A stretch of DNA of 64,000 nt, taken from Candidatus Parcubacteria bacterium. Lineage in GTDB: Bacteria; Patescibacteriota; Microgenomatia; UBA12405. The stretch covers positions 18,077 to 82,076 of the forward strand of contig JAEWUV010000007.1 in the NCBI GenBank assembly GCA_023396915.1, read 5' to 3'. Both the position numbers and the translations under genes were made by a program. The notes beneath the pieces are model-generated. The model did no database searches. It saw only the letters and a list, made by a program, of their open reading frames with translations, and was not told the origin of the DNA. This document shows, one piece after another, positions 18,757 to 28,635 of this stretch. Position 1 is the first letter of the stretch, and each line of letters begins with the position of its first letter.

Positions 18757-20574
18757 TTAAAAACTTCTGTCAATAAAATATACCCCGTTTTGCGATTCGC
18801 GCAAATCATATCCAAAAGCCCTACGGCTCACCGCAATAATTGGCGGCGCCTGAATCCTTTTAAAGTAACTTAATTTAAACATTGTCCATTTTTCTTCCAA
18901 ATCTTTTTTAAACTGATTTCTATTTTTAAAATATTTTTTAATTAAACCCTTTTTCATTTTCATTTCATCCTCAATTATTCCTCTGTCGTACCATTCTAAA
19001 ATCATTTTTGGATCTTTTCTGAATTCCACAAAAGCCCTGATTAATTTATCATGATAAGGGTAAAGAATTGGATCTCCTTGACCTTTAGCAGTATTTTGCT
19101 TATCGCTTAATTCTGCCGATGGTATTACTTCAAAAATTTCTTTTGGGATAATTTCTCTTTTGTTAGTTTTATTGATATATTCAGCCAATTCATAAATTTC
19201 CCACTTATACAAATCAGCCAATGGGCAAATTGCCCCATTCATATCACCATAAAGAGTTGTATAACCCAAAGCCATTTCTGTTTTATTAGCGTTATTAATT
19301 ATCACTCCACCGACCGCCGCTGCCACTCCGGCCAAAATTCTACTTCCTCTGTCTCGGGCTTGAATGTTTTCTAAAACTGTTTCGCTTACTTTAAAGCCAT
19401 TCTTTTTTAATTGTTTCTTGGTTAAATTTACTCCATCTTGGATTGGAATTATTTTATATTCTATTCCTAAATTTTTTGCCAATTTTTGTGCCGATTTTTT
19501 AGTTAAATTAGAATTAAATTTTGACGGCATATTAATCCCCAATACTTTTTCTTTTCCCAAAGCCGCTACCAATAAGCTGGCAGATACTGCCGAATCAATT
19601 CCACCGCTAACTCCGATTACTGCCCTATTTAATTTATTTTGTTCAAAAAACTTTTTAATTCCATAAACTAATCCTTCATATAACTCTTCCGTATCTCCTT
19701 GTCTCGCCATAGCTTTAAGTGTAGGCGGATTACTCAAATCCATTTCTAAAACACTTTCTTTATAAGCTTCAGCTGCCGCCGTTATTTCTCCTTTTTTACT
19801 ATAAATAGTCGAACTGCCATCAAATAAAAATATATTTTTCCCGTTGTTTTGTATCCCTACATTATTGCAATAAACAAAATCAACCCCAATTTTAGATAAT
19901 AATTTTTTAATAATTTGGTGTCTTTTATTATTTTTTTGCCAGGTCCAAGGGGAAGCCGAAATATTAACTATTAAATTTGCTCCGTTTTCAACTAAAATTT
20001 CAATTGGTTTTAAAAAATAATTTTCATCCCACATATCTTCACATAAACTCAACCCCAATTTTATTTTTTGATTTTTAACTTTTATTTCAAAAGGTTGCAG
20101 CAATTTTTTAATATCAATTTGTTCTTCGTTGGCCAATTTTTGCATTGAATAAAAATGCCTCTCATCATCAAATTCCCTATATTTAGGCATTAAAGTTTTA
20201 AAAGTATATCCCTTAAAAATTCCATTGTTTACCCATTTTGTATTAGAGGCAATAAATGCAGTATTGTATTTTCTTATTCTTCCATCTTCACCTAAAGCTT
20301 TAAAATCAGCAAAAATATTACCCCAAATCACTGTTATATTTTTACTTTCTTTTCTAATCTCTTCATTAATATCCATCAAATTTTTAATAAAACTTTCATT
20401 TTCCCACTCATCACCCAGCAAATAACCACTTACTGACATTTCCGGGAAAATTACTATATCGTCTTTATTTTTTCTCGCTTCTTTAATTTTTGAAATAATT
20501 TTTCTACCATTTATATCCGGTCTTCCGGCCACTACTTCCATCTGCACCACCGCAATTCTTATATTCTCCATCAC
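18757..20574 (-). CDS. nadE: glutamine-dependent NAD+ synthetase (CN-hydrolase + NadE domains)
   Basis: N-terminal nitrilase-like IRIAVVQME... and a C-terminal PP-loop VIGVSGGIDSAV. Confidence 0.85.
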   Translation of the reverse strand: MMENIRIAVVQMEVVAGRPDINGRKIISKIKEARKNKDDIVIFPEMSVSGYLLGDEWENESFIKNLMDINEEIRKESKNITVIWGNIFADFKALGEDGRIRKYNTAFIASNTKWVNNGIFKGYTFKTLMPKYREFDDERHFYSMQKLANEEQIDIKKLLQPFEIKVKNQKIKLGLSLCEDMWDENYFLKPIEILVENGANLIVNISASPWTWQKNNKRHQIIKKLLSKIGVDFVYCNNVGIQNNGKNIFLFDGSSTIYSKKGEITAAAEAYKESVLEMDLSNPPTLKAMARQGDTEELYEGLVYGIKKFFEQNKLNRAVIGVSGGIDSAVSASLLVAALGKEKVLGINMPSKFNSNLTKKSAQKLAKNLGIEYKIIPIQDGVNLTKKQLKKNGFKVSETVLENIQARDRGSRILAGVAAAVGGVIINNANKTEMALGYTTLYGDMNGAICPLADLYKWEIYELAEYINKTNKREIIPKEIFEVIPSAELSDKQNTAKGQGDPILYPYHDKLIRAFVEFRKDPKMILEWYDRGIIEDEMKMKKGLIKKYFKNRNQFKKDLEEKWTMFKLSYFKRIQAPPIIAVSRRAFGYDLRESQNGVYFIDRSF

Positions 20575-20585
20575 TCTAATTATAT

Positions 20586-21497
20586 CTAATTATTTATTTC
20601 TCGCTCCATCCAATGTCTGTCGATTTCTACTATTAGTTCTAAATACACTTTTCTGCCAGTCATTAACTCTATTTCTTTTCTGGCGTTGTAACCAATCTCT
20701 TTAATTTTTTTACCACCTCGTCCAATAATCATTTTTTTATATCTTTCAGCAGTAGTCAAAATCACCGCCTTCACCACAATAATATTTTTCTTGTCCACAA
20801 TTTCATCAACCCTAACATCCACTGAATAGGGAACTTCCTCTCGTAAAAATAAATAAGCCTTTTCCCTGATTAATTCTTGGATATATTCTTTTGAATTCAT
20901 CCCTATTTTGGGTCCGTTTTTATCTTTAACTAACTCAACATTATATTCAGTCTCTTTGTCAATTTCTTCCGGTAATAACTCAAAAATTAAATTAATTAAA
21001 CCCTTAATATTTTTATCTTTTATTGCACTTACCCCAATTACCCTGTCAAATTCATCTTCCAAATAGTTGTATTCCGGTAAATGATCTTTGGTATCTTTGG
21101 CTATATCAATCTTGTTGTAGACTAATATTTTTTTAGCTTTTGCCTTTCTCACTAATCCAATCACCTTATTTTCTTCCTCATTTTTAGGTCGTGAAATATC
21201 CACTAAACACAAAATTACATCAGCCTGATTTAATTCTTTTGGTGCCTCTTGATTAATTCTTTTTCCCATTAGATCATCAATTTTACCCATAATTCCGGGA
21301 GTATCAGTAAAAATAATATCTCCCCGTTCATCACTATAAACCACCCGGCTGTTTTTTCGGGTTGTCTGAGGTAGTGGAGAAGTAATCGCTACTTTTTGCG
21401 ACATAATCGCATTTAGTAAACTTGATTTACCGGTATTAGGCCGACCAATCAATACTACCCGCCCTACTTTTTTATTTTTACTACTTCTATTTTGCAC
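20586..21497 (-). CDS. era: GTPase Era
   Basis: G1 LIGRPNTGKSSLLN, DTPG, NKID, and a C-terminal KH domain. Confidence 0.85.
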   Translation of the reverse strand: MQNRSSKNKKVGRVVLIGRPNTGKSSLLNAIMSQKVAITSPLPQTTRKNSRVVYSDERGDIIFTDTPGIMGKIDDLMGKRINQEAPKELNQADVILCLVDISRPKNEEENKVIGLVRKAKAKKILVYNKIDIAKDTKDHLPEYNYLEDEFDRVIGVSAIKDKNIKGLINLIFELLPEEIDKETEYNVELVKDKNGPKIGMNSKEYIQELIREKAYLFLREEVPYSVDVRVDEIVDKKNIIVVKAVILTTAERYKKMIIGRGGKKIKEIGYNARKEIELMTGRKVYLELIVEIDRHWMEREINN

Positions 21498-21530
21498 AGG
21501 TGTATTTTACACTATAAAACTACTTATTAC

Positions 21531-21559
21531 TTGACACTTAGCAATCACAATGTTAGACT
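21531..21559 (+). promoter_or_regulatory. candidate promoter for lon (-35 TTGACA, 17-nt spacer, -10 TAGACT)
   Basis: Perfect TTGACA at 21531-21536. The -10 match is weaker, and the ATG follows 12 nt after it, so the leader is short. Confidence 0.3.
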
Positions 21560-21571
21560 GCTAAATAATAT

Positions 21572-23950
21572 ATGGATCAAAAACCAAATCAAGAGACGGC
21601 CTTACAACCAATCAGAAAAGTTTTACCTCTTATCCCTTTACGTAATATTATTCTTTTTCCGTCAGTCGAGACTTCGCTTTTCTTTGGTCGAAAAGAATCA
21701 ATGAATTCTTTACTTCACGCCTATGATCAAACAAATAAATTAGTTATTATCACTACCCAAAAAGATAGTCGGATTGATGACCCTAATTTAAATGATCTTT
21801 ATAACGTTGGTGTTTTAGCTAAAATCGAACACGTTCTTCAAACCGATGGGAATCTTCATGCCATTGTCAAAGGAATTTCCCGGGTTAATATTATCAATCT
21901 TACCAAAACCAAACCTCTGTTTTTAGCCGAATATATCGACCTTCCCATTATCCCCGAACCACTTTCTGAAGTCCAACAATCGGCTGAAGCTTTGTTAAGT
22001 CAGCTTAAAAAAGCTTTTGCTATGGGGCGTCAATTAGACCTACCTGCCATGATGCAACTCTCAAGTGGAGTTTCCAGCAGTGACTTAGCTGATCAAGTCG
22101 CCTTTACCCTTGATGCTAAAATACCTGAAAAACAAAACCTTTTAGAAACACTTTTAGTCAGCCAACGACTTAAAGCTGTTACTGAACATTTAATTCAGGA
22201 AATGAAAGTCGCTGAGCTAGAACGATCCATCGAGGAAAAAACCCAGGAAAAATTTAACACCGGTATCAAACGTAATGTATTGGAAGAAAGAAAACGTCAA
22301 ATCGAAAAAGAATTAAAACGGCTTGGGCAATCTTCTAGTGGTGGCGAATTTGATGAACTTGAAAAGAAAATTAAAAAACTTAAAGTTTCTCCAGAAATCA
22401 GAAAAAAACTAAAAAAGGAACTTGATCGTCTTATGGAAATGGGTTCTATGGCACCGGAGTCCAGTTATATCAAAACATATTTAGAAACAGTAGTCGAAAT
22501 GCCTTTTGGTAAATACAGTAAATCAGATGTTAGTTTATCCAAGGCCAGTAAGATTCTTGATAACGACCATTATGGTATCAAAGATGTCAAGGAAAGAATC
22601 CTAGAATATCTTGCTGTTGTTCAATTGAAGAATAAAATTAACACTAAAAAATTAAATGATGATTCTGCCACTGCCAATATACTTTGTTTTATCGGTCCTC
22701 CAGGCGTTGGTAAAACTTCCATTGGTAAATCTATTGCCGCCTCTTTAGGCCGGGAATTTGTCAGGGCTTCTATCGGTGGTATTCGTGACGAAGCTGAAAT
22801 TCGTGGTCATCGCCGAACTTATGTTGGTGCTATGCCTGGTCGAATTATCAAAGGCCTCAAAGATGCTAAAACTATGAATCCTGTTTTTATGCTCGATGAA
22901 GTTGATAAAATTGGCTCAGATTATCGTGGCGATCCATCATCAGCTCTATTGGAAACTCTCGATCCCGAACAAAATCGAGAATTTACCGATCACTATATCG
23001 ATTTTCCTGTTGACTTATCCAAGGTTTTCTTTATCTTAACCGGTAACGATTTGTCTACCATTCCCGGTCCTCTTCGTGATAGATTAGAAATCATTAATTT
23101 TTCTGGTTACACTTTAGACGAAAAATTTAATATCGCCAAGAAATATTTAGTTAAAAAAGAATTAACTGCCAACGGTCTACAACCCAAAGACATCACTGAA
23201 ATTGACGATGAAACTATAAAATATATCGTTGAAAAATATACTCGGGAAGCCGGTGTTCGTGGGTTAGATCGAGTAATCTCCTCACTTTTCAGAAAGGCCG
23301 CTAAAAAAATTATTACCGACAAAAAAACTCCAGTTGATTTAAATAACAAAACAATTCTTAAAAAATTTTTGGGTCCGGAAAAATTTTCTGCTACTCTTAA
23401 AGGTAAAAAAGATGAAATAGGTGTAGCCACTGGTTTAGCTTGGACTGCCGTTGGTGGAGACATTCTTTTTATCGAAGTTAATATTATGCCAGGTAAAGGC
23501 CAGTTAATTTTAACCGGAAAATTAGGTTCAGTTATGAAAGAGTCTTGTCAGGCGGCCCTTTCCTTTGTTCGCTCTCAGGCCAAAAATTTTGGCATTAAAC
23601 AAGACTTTCATAAAGTTGATATTCATATTCATGTACCCGAAGGTGCTACTCCAAAAGATGGTCCCAGTGCCGGCGGAGCTATTACTACCGCCCTTATTTC
23701 TGCTTTAAAAAATGTAGCCATACCAAAAGATATTGGTATGACCGGCGAGATTACTTTACGTGGAAATATTTTAGAAATTGGCGGGTTAAAAGAAAAATCA
23801 ATTGCCGCTCACCGAGCCGGCTTAAAAACTATTTTTATTCCCAAAGACAATCAAAAAACTTTAGTTGAAATTCCCAAGGAAGTCAAAAAAGATATTAAGT
23901 TTATTCCCGTCTCCCACTACTCCGAAATTTACAAAAAAATCTTTTCCTAA
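21572..23950 (+). CDS. lon: ATP-dependent Lon protease
   Basis: LON N-domain, Walker A GPPGVGKTS, and protease Ser in PKDGPSAGGAITTAL. Confidence 0.9.
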   Translation: MDQKPNQETALQPIRKVLPLIPLRNIILFPSVETSLFFGRKESMNSLLHAYDQTNKLVIITTQKDSRIDDPNLNDLYNVGVLAKIEHVLQTDGNLHAIVKGISRVNIINLTKTKPLFLAEYIDLPIIPEPLSEVQQSAEALLSQLKKAFAMGRQLDLPAMMQLSSGVSSSDLADQVAFTLDAKIPEKQNLLETLLVSQRLKAVTEHLIQEMKVAELERSIEEKTQEKFNTGIKRNVLEERKRQIEKELKRLGQSSSGGEFDELEKKIKKLKVSPEIRKKLKKELDRLMEMGSMAPESSYIKTYLETVVEMPFGKYSKSDVSLSKASKILDNDHYGIKDVKERILEYLAVVQLKNKINTKKLNDDSATANILCFIGPPGVGKTSIGKSIAASLGREFVRASIGGIRDEAEIRGHRRTYVGAMPGRIIKGLKDAKTMNPVFMLDEVDKIGSDYRGDPSSALLETLDPEQNREFTDHYIDFPVDLSKVFFILTGNDLSTIPGPLRDRLEIINFSGYTLDEKFNIAKKYLVKKELTANGLQPKDITEIDDETIKYIVEKYTREAGVRGLDRVISSLFRKAAKKIITDKKTPVDLNNKTILKKFLGPEKFSATLKGKKDEIGVATGLAWTAVGGDILFIEVNIMPGKGQLILTGKLGSVMKESCQAALSFVRSQAKNFGIKQDFHKVDIHIHVPEGATPKDGPSAGGAITTALISALKNVAIPKDIGMTGEITLRGNILEIGGLKEKSIAAHRAGLKTIFIPKDNQKTLVEIPKEVKKDIKFIPVSHYSEIYKKIFS

Positions 23951-23959
23951 ATTTTACAA

Positions 23960-24175
23960 TTATCGTCTTTCTTCCCGATTCTCTTTTTTGATTCTTTCAA
24001 ATGTCTTAGAAAATATCGTGTCAGCAATACCACCACTACCATCTAAACTAATAGTATCAAGCACTCCCAGCCAAAATCTTTGCTTGTCACTGAGCCCTTT
24101 CAAAATAACTGAATCTCTCCCTTCAGAAGCACTTATCACCCTTTCTCTTATATTCATACAAAAGCATTGTAGCAC
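23960..24175 (-). CDS. possible small hypothetical protein (65-71 aa)
   Basis: Minus-strand ORF co-directional with the argS operon. The opposing plus ORF is S/P/L-rich antisense-type sequence. Confidence 0.35.
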   Translation of the reverse strand: MLQCFCMNIRERVISASEGRDSVILKGLSDKQRFWLGVLDTISLDGSGGIADTIFSKTFERIKKENREERR

Positions 24176-24211
24176 CTAATCATTAACATCCTGAAATCTA
24201 CATTTTTTTGG

Positions 24212-24604
24212 CTAAGATCTACGTGGAACCAAATCTTTCCAATTAGCATCTTGATATAGCTCAACTAGCTTCTTAACCTCCCTTCTCGCCCCCCACGGAG
24301 ACCTAACTTTTACAGTTCTACTTGAAAAATTACTTTCCAAACTATTTGGCTTATCAAGGTTTAAAAAAACACGATGCCCAAAATTTCTACCAGAATCTCC
24401 TACAGTACAATCACTAGCCTCTAATATCATAAAATTTCCTTCCTCATTCAATAAAACAGTCCTCGGGAAAATATCACCACCAGCAACATAATCATTTTTA
24501 CCTTGTTCGCCTCTTTTTCTAAATTCACTTACTACAGCCGCTGCCACCCTTCCAAATTCTTTCCCCGTCCCCTCATATGGTTTAATCTCAATAATATTTG
24601 ACAT
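24212..24604 (-). CDS. hypothetical protein (130 aa), no recognised domain
   Basis: Intact ORF, 38 nt after the upstream ORF on the same strand. Confidence 0.5.
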   Translation of the reverse strand: MSNIIEIKPYEGTGKEFGRVAAAVVSEFRKRGEQGKNDYVAGGDIFPRTVLLNEEGNFMILEASDCTVGDSGRNFGHRVFLNLDKPNSLESNFSSRTVKVRSPWGARREVKKLVELYQDANWKDLVPRRS

Positions 24605-24642
24605 CCAGGGAGTCTATCACATCTTTTCTACTGTTTCTATTC

Positions 24643-25059
24643 CTATAACTTCTGTTTCTTTCCTATTTGAGTCATTTCTCTTATCAATATATCACCAACA
24701 GAATATGGGTCATGAACTAAATATTGTCTTTCACCAAAAGAAACTCTTAACTTATCACTATTTTCATCGATCCCTGAAATTGATATTGGGATACCATCAC
24801 CAATAAAAGTTGAAACATTATTTGGTTGTCGTTGAATTACACAGGGGCCGTTACTATTTGTTAATATATCCGCACTAATTAATCCTTCTAGTATCTTTGG
24901 TATGTCTTTCCTGGAAATATTAGGTAATTCTCGTCTTGTTCCTAGACCTATTTCTTCTACTATCCTATGAACCTCTGACTTGACAGGATCATCAGGTACT
25001 GAAGTTTCAGCCTGCTTTACTCTTTTACCAATTGATACAAGAACATCCTTTAGATTCAT
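24643..25059 (-). CDS. hypothetical protein (138 aa), no recognised domain
   Basis: Intact ORF beginning 21 nt after the argS stop, same strand. Confidence 0.5.
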   Translation of the reverse strand: MNLKDVLVSIGKRVKQAETSVPDDPVKSEVHRIVEEIGLGTRRELPNISRKDIPKILEGLISADILTNSNGPCVIQRQPNNVSTFIGDGIPISISGIDENSDKLRVSFGERQYLVHDPYSVGDILIREMTQIGKKQKL

Positions 25060-25080
25060 AAGTCAAATGATATCACACTA

Positions 25081-26790
25081 TTACATTTTTTCTACCGTTT
25101 CTATTCCAAGAAGATCCAATCCTGTCTCAATAATACTAGCCGTAACTCTGGTCAAAAATATTCTAAAGACCTCTTCTGTCTCTCCTATAATTCTATTTTT
25201 CGCATAAAATTCATTATATTTTCTGGCTACACTCAAAATATATTCAGCAACTACAGCAGGGGAAAATCGTGTTGATGCTTCCACAATTTTTTCCTCAAAT
25301 CGATAAAACTGTCTAATTAAATCCATCTCATCTTCGTTAATATTATCCGGATAATTATCAATATTTTTTTGTTCTTTTATATTACTTTTTTCTAGCACAC
25401 TTTTACATCGGGCATAAGTGTATTGTAAATATGGTCCGGAATCACCATCCAAACTCATAATTTTATCCCAATCAAAAATCACATCTTTTTTTGGATCAGA
25501 AATTAAATCACTAAATTTAACCGCTCCGATAGCCACTGCTTTTATCATTTCTTCTTTCTCTGTGGCACTCATTTCTTTGTTTACACTACTCTTTTGGGCA
25601 ATTTTTTTTGCCTCAGTCATCGCCTTATCAATTACATCAGACAAATGAATAGTGTCTCCTTTTCTGGTCGAAAATTTTCCTGTTGGCCAACGAATCAATC
25701 CATGAGCTACGTGCACCATTCCCTCTTTTGGCCACCAACCCATTAATTTAGCTGTTTCAAATACTTGTCTAAAATGTAACTGTTGATCCACCCCGACTTC
25801 ATAAATTATTAAATCCGGATTCCAATTTTTCATTCTGTATTTAATGGTGGCCATATCACGAGTAAAGTATGTAGTTGTTTCGTTTGACTTAACCAACATT
25901 GCCGGTGGCATTCCCTTTAGTTCTACAATTGTCGCTCCTTCACTTTGCTTTGTAACTCCTTTTTCGGTAACTTCTTTTATAATCCCAGGCAACATATTTT
26001 CATAAAAACTTTCCCCATGCACAAAATCAATATGAACTCCCAGTAATTGATAAACCCGGTCAAATTCCATCATTGAAATATCTATGCATTTTTGCCAAAT
26101 ATCCCTAGCCTCTTTATCTCCTTTTTCCAATTTCTCAAACCACTCTCTTCCTTCATCTATCAACTTTTCATCTATCTCCGCTTCTTTGTGAAATCTTACA
26201 TATAATTTTTCTAAATCATCAATCGTCAACTCATTTAAATTTTTCTCATTCCATTTTTTAATCGCCACAATTAATTTTCCAAACTGCGTTCCCCAATCAC
26301 CAATATGATTATCACCAATACAATTCCAGCCCAATATTTTGTAAATATTGTAAATCGATTGACCAATATCAGTTGATCTCAAATGCCCAATTCCAAACGG
26401 TTTGGCAATATTTGGTGCTGAATAATCAATCACCATCGTTTTATTTTGTCCATAATCACTCATTTTTTTTCTAAACTCCACATCATAATTTATTACTTCT
26501 GCCTCTTCAATCATTACTTTCGGTTTTAAATAAAAGTTTATAAAACCGGCCCCAGCAATTTCCTGTTTTTCTACAAATTCGTTGTTATTAATATTTTCAA
26601 TTATTCTTTCAGCAATTTCGTGAGGATTAGCTTTTAACTCTTTGGCCAAAACCATAGCAATACTAGTTGAGTAATCGCCAAAATCTACATTATCTGGATG
26701 CTCTAATTTTATTTCTTTATCCTTTAAATCAAATCCAGCTTTTTTAGTCGCGTCAATAATTATTTTTTTTAAATCATCAACAATTTTCAT
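25081..26790 (-). CDS. argS: arginyl-tRNA synthetase
   Basis: Class I HIGH variant (PFGIGHLRST) and the anticodon-binding DALR region. Start probably MKIVDDLKK at 26790 (ORF track 26811). Confidence 0.9.
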   Translation of the reverse strand: MKIVDDLKKIIIDATKKAGFDLKDKEIKLEHPDNVDFGDYSTSIAMVLAKELKANPHEIAERIIENINNNEFVEKQEIAGAGFINFYLKPKVMIEEAEVINYDVEFRKKMSDYGQNKTMVIDYSAPNIAKPFGIGHLRSTDIGQSIYNIYKILGWNCIGDNHIGDWGTQFGKLIVAIKKWNEKNLNELTIDDLEKLYVRFHKEAEIDEKLIDEGREWFEKLEKGDKEARDIWQKCIDISMMEFDRVYQLLGVHIDFVHGESFYENMLPGIIKEVTEKGVTKQSEGATIVELKGMPPAMLVKSNETTTYFTRDMATIKYRMKNWNPDLIIYEVGVDQQLHFRQVFETAKLMGWWPKEGMVHVAHGLIRWPTGKFSTRKGDTIHLSDVIDKAMTEAKKIAQKSSVNKEMSATEKEEMIKAVAIGAVKFSDLISDPKKDVIFDWDKIMSLDGDSGPYLQYTYARCKSVLEKSNIKEQKNIDNYPDNINEDEMDLIRQFYRFEEKIVEASTRFSPAVVAEYILSVARKYNEFYAKNRIIGETEEVFRIFLTRVTASIIETGLDLLGIETVEKM

Positions 26791-26791
26791 A

Positions 26792-27172
26792 TTAAAAAAC
26801 CTTACTACCAACCGGTAATTCTTTGTCTAACAATAACATACTCATATTTTCTTCACCTTCATTTTCCTTGTCCGCCGTAGTTTTAACGAAGGCGGAGGCG
26901 CCAAGAATCATCGCCTGTGATTCTTCTCCCATAATTTTTCGTGGGACTATATTAGTCACAAAAACTGTTTTTTTACCAATTAAATCAGCAGGGGAATACC
27001 ATTTTTTAATTCCAGAAAACACCGTTCTCAAGTTTTCTTCACCAAAATCCACTTGTAATCTTAAAAGTTTTTCCGAACCTTCGACTTCAATAGCCTCTTT
27101 TATTTCACCAACCAAAAATTCTACTTTGGCAAAGTCGTCATATTTAATTTGATCCATGCTCAATTCTATCAA
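26792..27172 (-). CDS. tRNA-binding domain protein (CsaA/Trbp111/YgjH-like OB fold)
   Basis: DFAKVEFLVGEIKEAIEVEGSEKLLRLQVDFGEE...VTNI, the EMAP/Trbp111-type tRNA-binding OB domain. Sits directly upstream of argS. Confidence 0.7.
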   Translation of the reverse strand: MIELSMDQIKYDDFAKVEFLVGEIKEAIEVEGSEKLLRLQVDFGEENLRTVFSGIKKWYSPADLIGKKTVFVTNIVPRKIMGEESQAMILGASAFVKTTADKENEGEENMSMLLLDKELPVGSKVF

Positions 27173-27198
27173 AAAACCCAGTCGAATGTGTTATCCTT

Positions 27199-28587
27199 GT
27201 GCTACCTAGTTATCGATTAATAAAATTTATGAATATTGATACTTCAATTTTTAAATCTTACGACATTAGAGCTATTTATCCTACCCAAGCTAACGAAGAA
27301 TTAGCCCAAAAAATTGGTAGGGGATTTGCCAAATATTTAAATTTTCCTCAAAAAGTTGTTGTTGCCCGTGATGGTCGCATCTCGGGATTATCTATGAAAA
27401 ATGCCTTAATTTCGGGTCTTGTTAAAGTTGGTGTCGATGTCATTGATATCGACTTAGCCTCTACTGATATGTTTTATTATGCTTGTCAGACATACGACTT
27501 ACCTGGGATTTCAGTCACTGCCAGCCACAACCCCAAAGAATACACTGGCTTTAAAATGGTTAAAAAAATCCCTGAACTTCTTTCCGGTGACGCTGGTATC
27601 AAAGAAATCAAAGAATATATTTTGAACGACGATTTACCCGACAATTCAGATACCCCTGGCCAAGTTGAACGAATTAATATTATGGATGAATTTATTGACT
27701 ATGGGTTAAGTTTAGTCGATCCCTCAAGATTTAAAAATTTAAGAATTGTTGCCGATCCTGCCAATGGTATGGTTGGTCCAATTTTAGAAAAACTTTCCAA
27801 AAAACTTCCAACCATTAATTTTCTTCCTCTTTATTGGGAGGTTGATGGTAATTTCCCTAATCATGGAGGAGACCCTTTACTAGAGGAAAATCGAACTGCC
27901 ACTCAAAAGTACGTGGTCGATAATAAAGCTGATCTTGGGGTTATGTTTGATCCAGATGGGGACAGGTTTTTTGTTATCGATAGTCGTGGTCGATTTATTT
28001 CCGGTGATTTTTTGACAGCCATTCTGTCAACTTATTTTCTTAAAAAATATCCTGGTTGTACTATTATCTATGACATTCGGGCATCAAAAGCTGTTAGAGA
28101 AATTGTTGCTGCAAATGGGGGGAAAGCCTTGGCCAATCGAGTTGGCCACACTCACATCAAAGCCAGAATGAAAGCCGAAAATGCCTTCTTTGGTGGTGAG
28201 ATTTCTGGACATTATTATTTTAAAGAATTTTTTCTTTGTGATACTGGTACTGTCAGCCTCATTTATCTTTTAGAATTTTTATCAACCTCAGAAAAGTCAC
28301 TTGAATCTATTGTTGACGAACTAATGTCTAAATATTTTATTTCCGGAGAAATTAACAATAAAGTTATTGATGTTGCCAAAGTTATGACTGAGTTAGAAAC
28401 TACTTATAGTTCTAAAGCCGTTACCCCGGTCGAAAAGATGGATGGATTAACTTTTGAAATGGGGGATTGGCGTTTTAATGTTCGGTCTTCCAATACCGAA
28501 CCACTTCTTCGTCTAAATCTTGAAGCCGGCAGTCAAGAGCTTATGGAGCAAAAGCGCGACGAAGTTCTTGCTATAATTACCAAATAA
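27199..28587 (+). CDS. phosphomannomutase/phosphoglucomutase (alpha-D-phosphohexomutase)
   Basis: Active-site TASHNP, metal loop DPDGDR, sugar-binding GGEISGH. Confidence 0.85.
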   Translation: MLPSYRLIKFMNIDTSIFKSYDIRAIYPTQANEELAQKIGRGFAKYLNFPQKVVVARDGRISGLSMKNALISGLVKVGVDVIDIDLASTDMFYYACQTYDLPGISVTASHNPKEYTGFKMVKKIPELLSGDAGIKEIKEYILNDDLPDNSDTPGQVERINIMDEFIDYGLSLVDPSRFKNLRIVADPANGMVGPILEKLSKKLPTINFLPLYWEVDGNFPNHGGDPLLEENRTATQKYVVDNKADLGVMFDPDGDRFFVIDSRGRFISGDFLTAILSTYFLKKYPGCTIIYDIRASKAVREIVAANGGKALANRVGHTHIKARMKAENAFFGGEISGHYYFKEFFLCDTGTVSLIYLLEFLSTSEKSLESIVDELMSKYFISGEINNKVIDVAKVMTELETTYSSKAVTPVEKMDGLTFEMGDWRFNVRSSNTEPLLRLNLEAGSQELMEQKRDEVLAIITK

Positions 28588-28635
28588 TAAATTAACCCCT
28601 TACCTTAATTGGGAAGTGGGTGGGTATGGATAAAT

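Noticed and set aside
21537-21560. TTAGCA...TTAGAC upstream of lon, checked as a CIRCE (HrcA) or CtsR operator
   Set aside because: The two halves are direct rather than inverted repeats, and neither matches TTAGCACTC-N9-GAGTGCTAA or the GGTCAAA CtsR repeat.
24212-24604. Kinase-like catalytic-loop/DFG resemblance in the 130-aa ORF (GGDIFPRTVLL ... ILEASDC)
   Set aside because: The catalytic His/Asp positions are Gly/Ser, and there is no Gly-rich loop or VAIK lysine in this or the neighbouring ORF. The resemblance is superficial.
28598-28635. G-rich stretch ccccttaccttaattgggaagtgggtggg upstream of the aminopeptidase, checked as another YATC-loop hairpin copy
   Set aside because: The CCCCTT start is shared but there is no complementary arm or YATC loop. 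More likely a G-rich ribosome-binding region (GGGTGGG about 10 nt before ATG 28636).
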